Assembly: GCF_035084215.1 (NCBI RefSeq)
Contig: NC_090335.1
Span: forward strand, 39,308,001 to 39,372,000
DNA: 64,000 bases
Direction: 5' to 3'
Source: Heptranchias perlo
Taxonomy: Eukaryota
The notes beneath the pieces are model-generated. The model worked only from the letters and a program-made list of their open reading frames with translations, was not told the DNA's origin and did no database searches. Shown here one piece after another: positions 11,612-24,954 of this stretch (position 1 is the first letter of the stretch; the number at the start of each line of letters is the position of its first letter). Made by a program: the position numbers and the translations under genes.

Positions 11612-12160
11612 AACAGCAACAATTTGCAAGTATATATTGCCTTTAACATAGAAAATCATCCCAAGACATTTCATAGAGGTGTCAGGAAAAAATGGATGAA
11701 GAGCCAAAGAAGGAACTACTAGCACAGGCAGTAAAAAGCTTGATCAAAAAGGTGGGTTTTAAGGAGGGTCTTAAAGGACGTGATAGAGTTGGAGAGATAA
11801 AGAGATTTAGGAAGCGAATTTCAGACTGGGGCCTAGGTGGCTGAAGACAAGGCTGCCAATGGTAAAAGGGGGGGAATGCACAAGAGGCTGGAGTCAGAGG
11901 ATTGGAGAGTTCAGGGCGGGTTGTGGGGCTGGAGGAGGTAACAGAGATAGGGAGAGGCAAGGCCACAGAAGGATATAGTGGATGAGAATTTTAAATTTAA
12001 GACATTGGCAGTCAGGAGCAAATATAGGTCAGTGAGGACAGAAGTGATGAGCTAGCAAAACTTGGCGTGAGATAGGATGTGGACAGCAGAGTTTTGGGTG
12101 AGCTGAAGTTTACAGAGGGTGGAGGATGGGAGACCAACTAGGAGAGAATTGGAATATTCT
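11612..12160 (-). mobile_element. L2-type LINE 3' fragment
   Basis: Similar to 47150-47700; ends in a ...TATATACTTGCAAATTGTTG tail on the minus strand. Confidence 0.7.
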
Positions 12161-13385
12161 CTATTTATTTAGTGGAATATAAATAAACAGGTAAATTCAA
12201 TAAAAATTTAAAGTAATAAAGTTTTGTCAAAGAAATGTTCCTTAATTTAGTAACAAAGGGGAAAGTTTTGAATTGGGCTATTTCTTCCACCATGTCTACT
12301 AAATTAACCTTCCCATCAATATAAAGTAGAACAAAAATCATTGGAGAGTCATTCAGTATTGCAAGTACTGTTATGGGAGGGAACAATAAATGGAATAAAA
12401 ATTTAATGCAAATTGAGTTTAAAAAAAAGAGGCCTAGATAATATACCTTCTATCCACCCACAAATCAGCACAATTCTGGTGAGCGGGGTCAGAAATTGAC
12501 ATGCGCTGCTACATCCTCACTCATTTTTGCCCACATTTACTTTTCCAGCCTAAGTGACATGTAGAGAAAGTAGCGCTCACTGACTTCCCGACTTCAACAG
12601 TTAAATAAGGGAGTAATGATGGAGTGACATCACACATCGCATTGTTATTCCCTTTGGTATGACCAACCGATTTAAACAGCTGCAGAACAGCGCTGGGTGC
12701 TTTCATCAAGGCAGAAGTGATTTCCATTTGTTATGTAGTGTAATAAAGTACTCAGTTCCATGACTTTGTCTCTTTTTTTCTGCTCTATTATTTCTTGCAG
12801 CTCAGTAACAGCTATAAAAGATTTACAATGCTGACTATCCTGAAAATGCAATCCCCCCCACCATGTCCTCAGTCCCACTCCACTATACCAGGCTGCTACT
12901 GAGGATGAAGCCCAAGAGAATACAGAGAGAAACATAATTTGTGCGCCCGACAGATCAGAAGCATTGATCATGGGACAGCTTCTCCTGAAGATCATCAATC
13001 AGTTCCTGAAGCACAACGTAACCTTTTCACCAAACCCCTCCATCCAAAAAAGCCCAATTAATCTTTGTCAGTGTCACCTCATAGTGAAAAGCTGTCACAG
13101 ACATTTTGTGCTCTGACTCTGTTAAAAGCATGTTTGTGGCAGCATATGCAATGATACTCAGGTATCAACAAGCTTAGCATGCAAAGGTGAGTATACAGGT
13201 TGCCATCACACTCACTAGGGGCAGGCTTGCAGTGTAGGGTGTAAGACTATGGCCATGTGTTGAAGGGCTATAGGTGTGATAAGATTGTCGGGATATATGG
13301 CATGGACTGTGACATGTATGAAGGGATGCTAGGGAAATAGATAACATGATATCACAGAGTCTTCTGGGCAGCTTCAGGTAAGTCC

Positions 13386-13628
13386 TCATACCTTATTGAT
13401 TCTTGTAAAGTCATTGTACATTGTCCTGCATTGCGCTGCAGTATATGGGGTGACACTACCAATCAAAGCCACTGCCCTCCACCTAGCTGCCACTGTTCCT
13501 TGGGATGACCCCATTCCTGGAGAACCAAAAAGCCCTTCCCTCCTTCTGATTTCTTGCAGAAGCATCTCCAGTTCACCCTTAGAGAAATTTGTTGATCTTT
13601 TTCCCGAAAGGGCCCTGGCAGTCATCAT
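13386..13628 (-). pseudogene. Degenerate Harbinger Myb/SANT gene, exon 1
   Basis: KRSTNFSKGELEMLLQEIRRR...ARWRAVA...QCRTMYNDFTRINK followed by a GTATGA donor. Confidence 0.7.
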
Positions 13629-15039
13629 AACATTCTAGCTGTTTTCTGACGCCTGCCCCTTTGAACTGCTGCAGAACTTGAAATCCTGCAGCAACACAGT
13701 ACTTCCCCACCTCACTCCCACACAGAGGAGCACAAAAGCAGCAGAAGCCTACCTCAATATAGTTAAATGAATTGACCCCAGAAATTAGAATGGAGTCAAT
13801 AACTCAAACATCAGGTGGGCAGAAGAACTCACCCAATTCATTTTCATTTCCATGCACCACTGCACCATAAAATTCAAAGAAAGAAAGCAAAATTCAACCA
13901 TGCATTTCCACAATAATTACAATAGTGTGACTTTACTCTATCCGTAGTACCGAGGCTTTTAATTCCCATCATATTGAACTGTACTAGAATGATATGCACT
14001 AGGTTTTATTATTTTCTATGAACTAATGTCAGTAATGACAACAGCTTTGCAAGTGATATAATCATCTTCACTTGACCCATGCAAGATTGTGAATGCAAAC
14101 ACATTGTAAATGCAATGATGAATGAGCATTTAAGGGTGAATTCACAGTCCAGCTGTATTGTCAGTGTGAAGCAGTCTGGCTTTGCACCAACACTGAAGTT
14201 ATAGTGAAAATGCATCTTGAATCGGGCATCAGAGCCTAAGCTGACACTGAAAAGAAGCTGAATGGGACTCTTTGGAGGAGGTAGTCTCAATCAGTTTTGT
14301 CTGTGAATCAGAGTGGATTTCTGCACCCAAGTTTGTGTTAATGCAAACTAGTTTTAGTTTTGCATTAATGTGAAACTTATGGAGATGAATGGTTGATATC
14401 ATGATACAGCAAATCAGGACTTTGCTTCAGGGTGAGATATAATGGTGATGTTGTCATTCATAATGACTTTTTTGATGATCTGTTCATCTTGGGGTTAAAA
14501 TTGCACTGTGTGTTATTAATCATAATTTGTTCTTATGAAATTCTTTTGTCTCCTATTTTAATGAAGGAATTAACCCATTTATTTTGAACATGTTAATGCC
14601 TTTGTTAAAATATTAGACAGAGCAATTTCATATTAACCAGTTACTAATATTGCACAGTATAATTTCAGCTTCCTTGTTTCATTATTTTTTAAGATCTACC
14701 TCACAAAGGTGGTAATATTACTCTTCATTAAAGCCAGCACAAGTATTAATTATGCATTAAGGTGTGGTGATTATTATATTTTAGCATTAATGAAGGGGCT
14801 GCTAACTTTTGCTTATCTACAACCTTGCTGGCTAACTACCTTTACATGATGCCTACTGAGATACTCCAGCCTATGTGTCAGGAATGGACTGTCCTGTTCT
14901 TGTGACGACCTGTATACTTTCTGATGCTTCTTTAACCACTTACCCAGAGGTACGTGAAGACATGGAACTAACTGAAACTACAGAGCCATTCGACTGTTCT
15001 TATGCTACTGCACGCATGCTGTGTTAGTGCCCAAAGCCT

Positions 15040-15610
15040 GGATTGTCTTGGTGAAATCCATCTGATTTTGTGGTATAGAGGTGGCCTGGCAAAGGAAAAG
15101 GGATGAGGAGGAAACTTCAAAGGGACGAGAAATAAATTAACCTCGGTAAATTGGATGAACTCTAAATGGGTAAACCTACTGACAAACAGTGGGAAGTATT
15201 CAAAGAAGTATTTGGTACAATACAAAACCAGTACGTACCCCTAAAAGGCAAAAGCTCCACTTGTGCATTTAAGCAACCATGGTCAACATGGTTAATAAGA
15301 GACAATATTAAGCTAAAGAAAAAGGCTTGCACAAATGCAAGAAAAAGCAGAAATGCATCAGACTGGGATAACTATAAAAAAAACAACAAAGGGATACAAA
15401 GAAAGTAATAAAAGTACAAAATGGGAATATGAACAAAACCTTGCAAGAGATGTCAAATCTCAGGGTAAAAGTTTTTATAAATATCATAAAAGCAAGAGTA
15501 AGGGGGAATGTGGGCCCATTAAAGACAGATACAGATGAGACCATAATGGATAATATAGAAAATGGCAGAGTTGTTAAATGACTACTTTGTATATCTTTTC
15601 ACAGTAGAGG
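15040..15610 (+). mobile_element. CR1 LINE ORF2 fragment (degenerate)
   Basis: QWEVFKEVF..IQNQYVPLK..PW and KSFYKY..SK motifs; similar to the 61930-62300 copy. Confidence 0.75.
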
Positions 15611-15649
15611 TGTAAAGTGATTTTAATTGATGAATCCATCTTTATTTAT

Positions 15650-16052
15650 TGAAATCAGTGGGCTATCAGTTGCACCCTCCTTTTTGGAGGCTACTGGCTG
15701 TCCTGTCCCATGTCCTCTCCTTCCGTGCACCTCCCCTTTCATCACCATTGCCTTCAGCTACTGGAAACAGCAAGCCTTTCTTCATTGTGCTATTATACCG
15801 AATTCAGCAAAGTAGAATGATTCATGAAACTCTCACTGGACCGTATTGTAGGGCTTCATCAGATTTATCCAGGCACCTAAAATCAGAACTTGAGAATTCT
15901 TCTCTATGCACTTCTTGTGGTGGCATGGGCCTCATTATAGCCATGTCTTCAAAATAAAGCAGTTCTTTGAGCAGAGCTGAGTAAACCTGACAGCAATATT
16001 CCTGCCTGATCCTCCACCAACCTTCAGTAGCAGCAAACAAAATGGCCTCCAC
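15650..16052 (-). pseudogene. Internally deleted Harbinger transposase remnant
   Basis: N-terminal piece fused directly to FRCLDKSDEALQYGPVRVS (compare FRCLDRSGGALQYTPFRVG in the intact copy). Confidence 0.7.
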
Positions 16053-16496
16053 AATGTGGTATCTGCCTCAGGGATACCTTCCTGCAACTCCAGCATTTAT
16101 ATAGTGGTGGTAATAATTTGGGCTGGGTTTAGGGCAGAAATTGGAGGAAATGGTTGGAGGGTTAGCCACGCCCGTTTGTCTCCACATCCTGGTGGTGGAT
16201 CAGGTTTCCGGCGAGCCTTAAAGGGGTCTAGTGATTTTTTTTTTAAGACAACAATTCAGGTCCAGATTTTTGGCAGTGGATTTGTGGTGATATTCTGTAT
16301 GAACCCATTTTACTCCAATTATTGTCCCGTAATGGGCTATAATTTAAAGGAGAATCTAGCCCTCTGGGTCTTAAAGATCCTAACTATACCGATTACAACT
16401 TAAGTACTCTTACTTTTTCCATATTTAAATTGTTTCTGTCACCCATTACATGTTTGATTTGCTTTTATGGACATTAAGCTCCCTAGGTTATCTGAT

Positions 16497-16579
16497 TTAT
16501 AGAGAACTCTTGGATTTTCTCATGTAGTGCACATTCTGATAAGTTCGGTCTTCAAAATCTTGTTCTCATTTTCTTCCTC
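16497..16579 (-). pseudogene. Putative last cytoplasmic exon with Tyr motif (EEENE/EQDFEDRTYQNVHYMRKSKSSL*), 1-nt frameshift
   Basis: Acceptor TTTCTTTCCTTATCAG; acidic stretch followed by TYQNV; needs a 1-nt correction after GAAAATGA. Confidence 0.45.
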
Positions 16580-16791
16580 CTGATAAGGAAAGAAACACGT
16601 ATGTTTATATCTCCTTTGTATAAATATATGTCAGGTATAAACAATAAATGAAATACCCAAAACAAATTTACCATCGGAGAGGCTAAGCAATACATTAATA
16701 ACCCTTACTGCTGCAATTGCCATTGGGCATCACCAATGAACTATGATAAGTGTGTTTGATAATATTTGCTGGAGACAGGCTTGGGGTTGTT

Positions 16792-18680
16792 GGGCTATAA
16801 ATTGGGCCAAGTAGCACCCTTTTTGTAGGTGCTACGTGGCTTCCTAAGGACATAAAATGGCGTCCGGAATGCGTGCACACACTTCTAGCATGGCATGCGC
16901 TGGACGCCAGCTTGGTAAAGGCGTGTGTGCATGTGCCAATAACGAACGCTGGCAACAATGTAAAGTAGGGAGACTATGCGGTAGATCAGTCCGTAACGCT
17001 GATTTAAAGGGACAGATGCGATTTTGGAACTCAACACTTCAGCCAACGCACTGTTTTAACTTTGCATAGCTGAACAGGTCGCAAACAGCATGGAGAACCC
17101 CACCCCCACCACCACCACCACCCCACCAGCTCTATTTAAAGGGACCATGCAGGATTTACAGGTTAGTTGCTGGATTATTGCTTCTGGCTGCTGATGCATT
17201 TGTACTTGTTTTTGGATGTCTCCTATACTAGAATACTAGGACCAGGGAACATAGCCTAAAAATTAGAGCCAGGACTTGCAGGAGTGAAGTTAGGAAATAC
17301 AGGGTCTACTCGCAAAGGGTGGTGGAAGCTTGGAACTCTCTTCTGCAAATGGCAGTTGATACTAGCTCAATTGCTAATTTCAAATCTGAGATTGATAGAT
17401 TTTTGTTAACCAAAGGTATTGAGGGATATGGGGCTAAGGTGGGTATATGGAGTTAGGTCACAGATCAACCATGATCTCATTGAAAGATGGAACAGGCTCA
17501 AAGGGCTAAATGGCCTGCTGCTGTTCCTATCTTCCTATGTTCCTATAATAAAGTTTCAATACTCTACAGGGAGTGGGCTGGCTAGCTGACAGGTAACAGC
17601 AAGGGCACTGGCAGAGTGGCAGGGGTGGGACAGGAATGCTGTCATCCTGAGAGAGTACAGCAGGTTCATGTTCCATGGAGCCACCGCCACTTGCTGCTTC
17701 CTGTTATGTGCCACCTTCTCCTGCAAGAAAGCTTGACGTGTGTCGGAGAGTGTCCTGCAAGATATTTGGGTGACGTGCTTGTCATGGTTCAATAGCTGCC
17801 AGTGCGTGTGACCTGTGAGTTGTGAGTGTGTGGCTTGCAACAGTGGTAATGTACGCGGGTGAGAGGAAACATCTGATTGGAAGAGTTTAGTACTGATTGA
17901 AAGAGTTTATTGGTAGGTGGGTGATGGGGTTGTAATGCCTGGAGCAGTGGAGCCGGCTAGTGGTACAAATTTTAGGAGATGCCACTTGGCGGTTGACCTC
18001 ACTCATCTTGACCACTCTTGTCAAAGCATTGAACTTCTTCCTGCACTGCATTCATGTTCGAGGTGCTATGCACCTGGCATTGACTTCGTCCCCTACTGCC
18101 TCCCACTGCTTCGGGAGCAAATGTCTGGAGGGCCTCTTGCCACCCCCCCCACCCCCACAACTTGCGGATATAGGATGCCTCTCCTTCTGTCAATTTCTTG
18201 CACTAAGGCCTCTAGTACAGCATCAGAGAACCTTGGTGCATGATCTCTCTTAGGCCTGGTACAAACTCAGATCGGCAGATTGGTGAGGTCTGGCCTGCAG
18301 ATTGGAGGATGTGGGATTTAGTAGTGCGCAACCTTTATTCAATGTTTTAACATAACTCAACAGTTTGTAAACATAGAGACGGGATCTGCATCTGTGTGAT
18401 GTCTGATCTCAGTTCAGACTCCGTGCGGACCCATATCTTATATTTTGCAAATAAGAGATGCAGGCTGCCTTTTAAGTGGTGCGAACCACTCACGCTATCG
18501 GGGCCCTCTGCTGGTGAACAGCCACTCAACAGCGCGGCTAGGCCTGACTGCTCACAGAAATCAAGTAATCCACCAGGCAGCAAGAATGTTATGTGCTGCC
18601 TGCATCTCAATGACCAGGCACGGGTTAATCAGGCACTGCGACCCCTGCGCCCGGTTTCGGGGGTTATCCAATATAACCCG
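16792..18680. mobile_element. Non-autonomous Harbinger derivative, copy A (captured CR1 3' tail plus truncated Myb gene)
   Basis: Starts GGGCTATAAATTGG, ends CCAATATAACCC; CR1 3' end at ~17230-17545; minus-strand Myb exon 1/intron/exon 2 start at ~17690-18250; colinear with copies B and C. Confidence 0.8.
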
Positions 18681-20104
18681 GCATAAAACAGGTGCCAAAG
18701 CGTCTAATATGGTGGGCATCGTGCACACACACATTACCATGCCAGAGTTCCACCACCCACCATTTTAATAAAGGCTGAAAAAGAGGTGTCTAGGGTTCAC
18801 ACCTGAAACAGGTGTTATGCCTTTTTCATATGCAAATAAGGTGTCTAACAACTGTTTCAGGACCCCTTCCCAAAATTGTGCCACCCAGAATGCAGCTGTG
18901 CCGGGCTGGCTGCATTCAGCAAAATGTGGTCTACATGCGGCCTAACCAGCGGTCCTTAAAGGGACAGCTGGAAGCTGCTGCCAATAAGGTAAGCTTGCTG
19001 AAAAGTACTTACCTGAGTGTAGAACTGGGAGGTTTATCAGCTGCAGGATAAAACGAGAATATCGTGGGCAGGCGCAAACTAATTTCTAGGCCAGAGACTT
19101 TCGTTTATAGATTTATTAGAGGAAATGATACTCATAAACAACACACACAATGATGTGAAGGCTGCAGGAGACCTCACGTTACAGTTGCTAAGCTCAGTCA
19201 CAGGGTGATTAGCCCTGGATCTTCCCTAACATCCTGTGATAGTGGTCTTGTTTTATCCTAAAAGGATATTACATCATGTTTTGCATTTTGTGACCTTTAG
19301 CCTTGATTTATGCTAACTTAAATCAGTTCAGCATTCCAAAGACCTGTTGACTTCTTTGGTATCAGTGGGTAAAAATGACATGGCCTTACCCATCTATGGT
19401 TATGGTGGCCTTAGGACAGTAACACAGATAAGCTTACCTATAAGGATGGTGAAGCTACACAAAGAACAGTCATCTATCCTCACGACTCTATCTGTACCAG
19501 CCATTGTGGCCTTAAATGTCTGAGCTGATATTTGGACATTTTCCAGGATGCTGTTGCCAGCAGATTCTGGAAAAGCTGTCTGTTTGTTATAAAATGGAGG
19601 GTCTTTGCATAGAAATGGATTCTTTAATGCAGCCTTTCCTGCTAGCACTCCTAACAGTGTGCCTGGTACTTCTGACACATTCCACAGAATCAGAGTTTTT
19701 TTGTTCATCTCTGCTCAAGAAATCTATGCATCGAATTTAAAGATTAGACAGTTATCAAATATATGAATCTGAACCATGCCAAGCTAATCCAGTAGTTGGG
19801 ACATTATTCTTGGATTCAGTATCTATGGACTAGGAAAATGGAAAATATTCCCACTATTTACTACTTTCAATTGGTATCAGTAATCCCTGCTGGAAAATTA
19901 ATATGTAGGCATCTGCTGAGGACAAGATCAGCTTGGCTGTGATGCTAACTATGGTTGAGTAGACTGTCAACACTCTCACATCTAGGTTCAGACATGAAGA
20001 ATGGTCACATCTGTAAGGTACCAGAGGGTTGCAGATCTGTACTACTGCATGTGATTGCCTTGAAGAGAGGAAGGGAGAAAAAAATGTTTTTAATTGTGTA
20101 GTGA

Positions 20105-20305
20105 TACATACCGCACATGCTACACAATGCACACGCCACACACCACAGATGCCACACATCACACATGCTACAAACTGCACACGCTATACACCACACATGC
20201 TATATAATGCGCATGCTACACACCACAGGTGCCACACAGCACACTTTCTGCACACCACACATTCTACAGTCTGCACACTGCAAGTGCTATACACCACAGA
20301 CTACA
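20105..20305. repeat. Degenerate CA-rich minisatellite (CACATGCTACAC-like units)
   Basis: Repeated CACATGCTA/CACCACA units. Confidence 0.7.
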
Positions 20306-22428
20306 GATTCTACACCTCAATTCCTCTGCTCTTGTTCAGAAAGAAATAAAAGTTTTCATCAGTTTTGTTTGCCTATCAGGAGACCCTAGGGTAGATTTTC
20401 CTCTCAGGACTTTCCAAGAGTGCAGCGTGGGTGGAACAAGATAGGATGACCATTGTCCCCCCTGCCCCCACTTCCACTCCTGCAATTTCTTGTGGGGTCT
20501 AAATACCATAGTGTGGGCATGCACCCAGCAAATATGTCAATGCAAAATTGGGTTTAAGCCTACAAGGGGGAGGGAAGCCAAGTGCTACCAGGGCCTTTCA
20601 TGCAGCAGCTTAGTTAACTAAGATCATAATTCAGTTAGTTTTAGCATAGTTATGGAAAAGGACAAAGATGGAACTGGAGTTAAAGTTCTTAACTGGGGAA
20701 AGCCAATTTTACGAAGCTGAGAAACGATTTAGCAAAAATGGACTGGAAACAGCTTCTTGAAGGTAAATCAATGTCAGAGCAGTGGGAGACATTCAAGGAG
20801 GATATAGTGAGGGTTCAGAGCAAATATGTTCCCACAAAGGAAAAGGGTGGGACTCCCAATTCTAATGACCCCTGGGTGTCAAGGAGCATACAGGGTAAGA
20901 TAAAGCAGAAAAGGAAAGTTTATGTTGGACACCGAGAGCTCAATACTAGAGAAAGCCGAGAGGAGTATAGAAAGTGCAGGGGTGAAATTAAAAAGGAAAT
21001 TAGGAAAGTAAAGAGAGGACATGAAAAAATATTGGCAAATAAAATCAAGGAAAACCCAAAGATGCTTTATAAATGCATTAAGAGCAAGGAGGATAACTAA
21101 GGAAAGAGTAGGGCCTGTTAGAGACCACAAAGGTAACCTATGTGTGGAGGCAGAAAATGTTGGTATGGTTCTTAATGAATACTTTGCATCTATCTTCACA
21201 AAAGAGAGGGATGATGCAGACATTATAGTTAAGGAGGAGGAATGTGAAATAGTGGATGGGATAAATATAGTGAGAGAGGAAGTATTAAGTGGATTAGTAT
21301 CTTTGAAAGTAGATGAATCACCAGGGCCAGATGAAATGTATCCCAGGCTGCTAAAAGAAGCAAGGGAGGAAACAAAGGAGACTCTGAGCATCATTTTGCA
21401 ATCCTCCCTGGATACAGGGATGGTGCCAGAGGATTGGAGGACTGCTTTTGTTGTACCGTTGTTTAAAAAGGGAGCGAGAGATAGACCGAGTAATTACAGG
21501 CCAGTCTGTCTAACCTTGGTGGTGGGCAAATTATTGGAATCAATTCTGAGGGACAGGATAAACCGTCACTTAGAAAGGCACAGAGTAATCAAGGACAGTC
21601 AGCATGGATTTGTTAAGGGAAGGTTGTGTCTTACTAACTTGATTGAATTTTTTGAGGCGGTTACAAGGACGGTAGATGAGGATAGTGCATTTGATGTAGT
21701 CTACATGGATTTTAGCAAGGCTTTTGACAAAGTCCCACATGACAGACTGGTCAAAAGGTAAAAGCCCATGGGATCCAAGGGAAAGTGGCAAGTTGGATCC
21801 ACAGTTGGCTCAGTGGCAGAACGCAAAGGGTCGATGGGTGTTTTTGGGACTCGAAGGATGATTCCAGAGGGGTTCCGCAGGGCTGAGTACTAGGTCCCTT
21901 GCTTTTTGTGGTATATATTAATGATTTGAACTTTAAATGTAGGGAGCATGATTAAGAAGTTTGAAGATGATACAAAAATTGGCCGTGCGGTTGATAGTGA
22001 GGAGGAAAACTGTAGACTGCAGAAAGATATCAATGGACTGGTCAGGTGGGCAGAAAAGTGGCAAATTGAATTCAATCCAGAGAAATGTGAGGTATTGCAT
22101 TTGGGGAGTGCAAACAATGCAAGGTATTACACAATAAATGGGAGGGTACTGAGAGGTGTAGAGGAAGTGAGGGACCTTGGAGTGCATGTCCACAGATCCC
22201 TGAAGGTAGCATGACAGATAGATAAGGTGGTTAAGAAGGCATATGGAATACTTTCCTTTATTAGCCGAGGCATAGAATATAAGAGCTGGGAGGTTATGCT
22301 GGAACTGTATAAAACATTAGTTAGGCCACAGCTTGAGTACTGCGTACAGTTTTGGCCACCACATTACAGGAAAGATGTATGTAAGGAATCTTACAACACC
22401 AGGTTATAGTCCAACAGTTTTATTTGAA

Positions 22429-22467
22429 AATCACAAGCTTTTGGAGGCTTTCTCCTTCGTCAGGTGA
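22429..22467 (-). ncRNA. Minimal hammerhead ribozyme motif (left arm), core GAAA mutated to AAAA
   Basis: Minus strand reads TCAC CTGACGA AGGAGAAAGCCTCC AAAA GCTT GTGA. Confidence 0.6.
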
Positions 22468-23486
22468 GTGTGGGATTCCATGGAAGGTACTGCATATATA
22501 GTCAGAGAACAATGCCTGGTGATTACAGATAATCTTTCCAATTGCCCGTTGTCAAGGCAATCAAAGGAGTCGAATAGTGTTCAGACAGAGAGACATTACA
22601 TACAGGACGACTGAATATACAAATGGTCAGAACCCAAAGACAGAGAGGGAGAGAGAGAGAGAGAAACATCCGAAAGGAAGAGAAAGAGAGAGAATGACCA
22701 GTTTTATTAAAAACAGATAACTCTTTTTTCGCTGGTGGTGTTACGTGTAGCGTGACATGAACCCAAGATCCCGGTTGAGGCCGTCCTCATGGGTGCGGAA
22801 CTTGGCTATCAATTTCTGCTCGACGATTTTGCGTTGTCGTGTGTCTCGAAGGCCGCCTTGGAGAACGCTTACCCGAAGATCGGTGGCTGAATGTCCTTGA
22901 CTGCTGAAGTGTTCCCCGACTGGGAGGGAACCCTCCTGTCTGGCGATTGTAGCACGGTGTCCGTTCATCCATTGTCGCAGTGTCTGCATGGATGAACGGA
23001 CACCGCACAACAATCGCCAGACAGGTGGGTTCCCTCCCAGTCGGGGAACACTTCAGCAGTCAAGGACATTCAGCCACCGATCTTCGGGTAAGCGTTCTCC
23101 AAGGCGGCCTTCGAGACACACGACAACGCAAAATCGTCGAGCAGAAATTGATAGCCAAGTTCCGCACCCATGAGGACGGCCTCAACCGGGATCTTGGGTT
23201 CATGTCACGCTACACGTAACCCCACCAGCGAAAAAAAGTTATCTGTTTTTAATACAACTGATCATTCTCTCTCTTTCTCTTCCTTTTGGATGTTTCTCTC
23301 TCTCTCTCTCTCTGTCTTTGGGTTCTGACCGTTTGTATATTCAGTAGTCCTGTATGTAATGTCTCTCTGTCTGAACACTATTCGACTCCTTTGATTGCCT
23401 TGACAACGGGCAATTGGAAAGATTATCTGTAATCACCAGGCATTGTTCTCTGGCTATATATGCGGTACCTTCCATGGAATCTCACA

Positions 23487-23526
23487 CTCAACTGACGAAG
23501 GAGAAAGCCTCCGAAAGCTTGTGATT
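23487..23526 (+). ncRNA. Minimal hammerhead ribozyme motif (right arm)
   Basis: CTGACGA-AGGAGAAAGCCTCC-GAAA-GCTT-GTGA; stem I has one mismatch (TCAA instead of TCAC). Confidence 0.7.
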
Positions 23527-24853
23527 TTCAAATAAAACTGTTGGACTATAACCTGGTGTTGTAAGATTCCTTACATTTGTCCACCCCAGTCCATCACCGG
23601 CATCTCCACATTACAGGAAAGATGTGATTGCGCTAGAGAGGGTACAGAAGAGATTTATGAGAATGTTGCCAGGACTGGAGAATTTTAGCTATGAGGAAAG
23701 ATTGGATAGGCTGGGGTTGTTTTTTTTGGAACAGAGGAGGCTGAGAGGTGATTTAATTGAGGGGTACAAAATTATGAGGTGCCTAAGTAGAGAGGACATA
23801 TTTCCCTTAGCAGAGAGGTCAATAACCAGGTGGCATAGATTTAAGGTGATTGGTAAAAGGATTAGAGGGGAGCTGAGGAAAAAAAAAATCATCCAGATGG
23901 TGGTGGGGGTCTGGAACTCACTGCCTGAAAGGGTGGTAGAGGCAGAAACCTTCAACTCATTTAAAAAGCACTTGGATGTGCACCTGAAGTGCCGTAACCT
24001 ACATGGCTACGGACCAAGTGCTGGAAAGTGGGATTTCGCTGGGTGACTCATTTTCAGCCGGTGCGGACACGATGGGCCGAATGGCCTCCTTCTGTGCCGT
24101 AAATTTTCTGTGATTCTATGATTAACTAACAAGTAAACTGTGTTCACACAATTTCAACCCAAGCTTCTGCCATTGGGCTCCTAGGTGCATTAGGAGCCCA
24201 ATGACAGAAACTTGTTCCGAAATTGTGTAGAAACAGTTTATTTGTTGGTTATTGGAAGCAGGTGGGGTATTTTAGCTGAATCTGCATGTTTAAAATTGTT
24301 TATTTCCAGTGCTGCCAGCTTGAAGCTTTGCTGTGCTCATCTTTGCTCTTCTTGTTTTGTTTTTGATGTGCCTTCACCTGTGAATGTGTTTCAGGACCAG
24401 TGTTTTAACTCTATTTTGTTTAGTACTTTAAAAAGTAAAGGCAGTAACAGCTATTTTGATTTGTTGTATCGGTCTGTTTACTTCCAAAAATTGCTTTACT
24501 TGCAATTATAGTCAGTGAGCTCCACTTTTATCAGGTCACAACTATTCTCTGACTAAAAATTGTTCAGACATGTTGCCATTTTTTTCTGCAGTTTGCAGCT
24601 GTTTGTTTGTTGTCCCCATAATTTACTGAGATATGCACAGTGTTTTTAAGTGGTTACTTATCTATGCACCTGAAAATGACTGCACACAGGCAGGAGGGCT
24701 CTGATCCTGCTAGATTAGCTCATTTGATTACACATTGCCATTGCAATGTTGTTAAAAATATCACGGCTTGATTCCATTTAACAATGCGATGAATATATTC
24801 ATCGCTGTGTTTGAAAGCTTAGTCTTTTACTAATATAAGAAAAATTATTACAC

Positions 24854-24954
24854 CTATCTGGCAATGCTTTTTTTTTTCTTTCTTTTCTTAATAATCCATA
24901 TCACCAGTACAACTGTCACAGCAAAAGCCATAGCGGAAGCTCCTATTATTAAAA
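24854..24954 (-). pseudogene. Transmembrane exon of the CD200R-like gene
   Basis: Polypyrimidine-CAG acceptor; ILIIGASAMAFAVTVVLVIWII followed by the stop-transfer sequence KKRKKKK; runs into TAG. Confidence 0.8.

Larger units (their letters stand above)
22379..23605. mobile_element. Penelope-like retroelement: 5'-truncated copy plus inverted copy (~600-bp arms), GIY-YIG C-terminal fragment
   Basis: Near-identical peptides (NGHR..GEHF...EQKLIAKFRTHEDGLNRD) on opposite strands; duplication CCACATTACAGGAAAGATGT at 22359-22378 and 23606-23625; ~30-nt unpaired 3' tail. Confidence 0.92.
20620..24122 (+). mobile_element. 5'-truncated CR1/HER1 LINE, interrupted by a Penelope insertion
   Basis: ORF2 fragments (SPGPDEMYPRLL, YRPVCLT, DFSKAFDKV, KFEDDTK, RPQLEYCVQFW); 3' UTR GGCCGAATGGCCTCCTTCTGTG and (ATTCTATG)n tail. 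Confidence 0.95.

Noticed and set aside
19385-19460. Possible extra cytoplasmic micro-exons (two GTAAG donors on the minus strand)
   Set aside because: Candidate exons are only 17-20 nt, with stops or no informative peptide; unsupported.
20105-20305. CRISPR-like array or Cys/His-rich protein
   Set aside because: Degenerate CA-rich minisatellite with no constant repeat/unique spacer structure, in a eukaryotic context.
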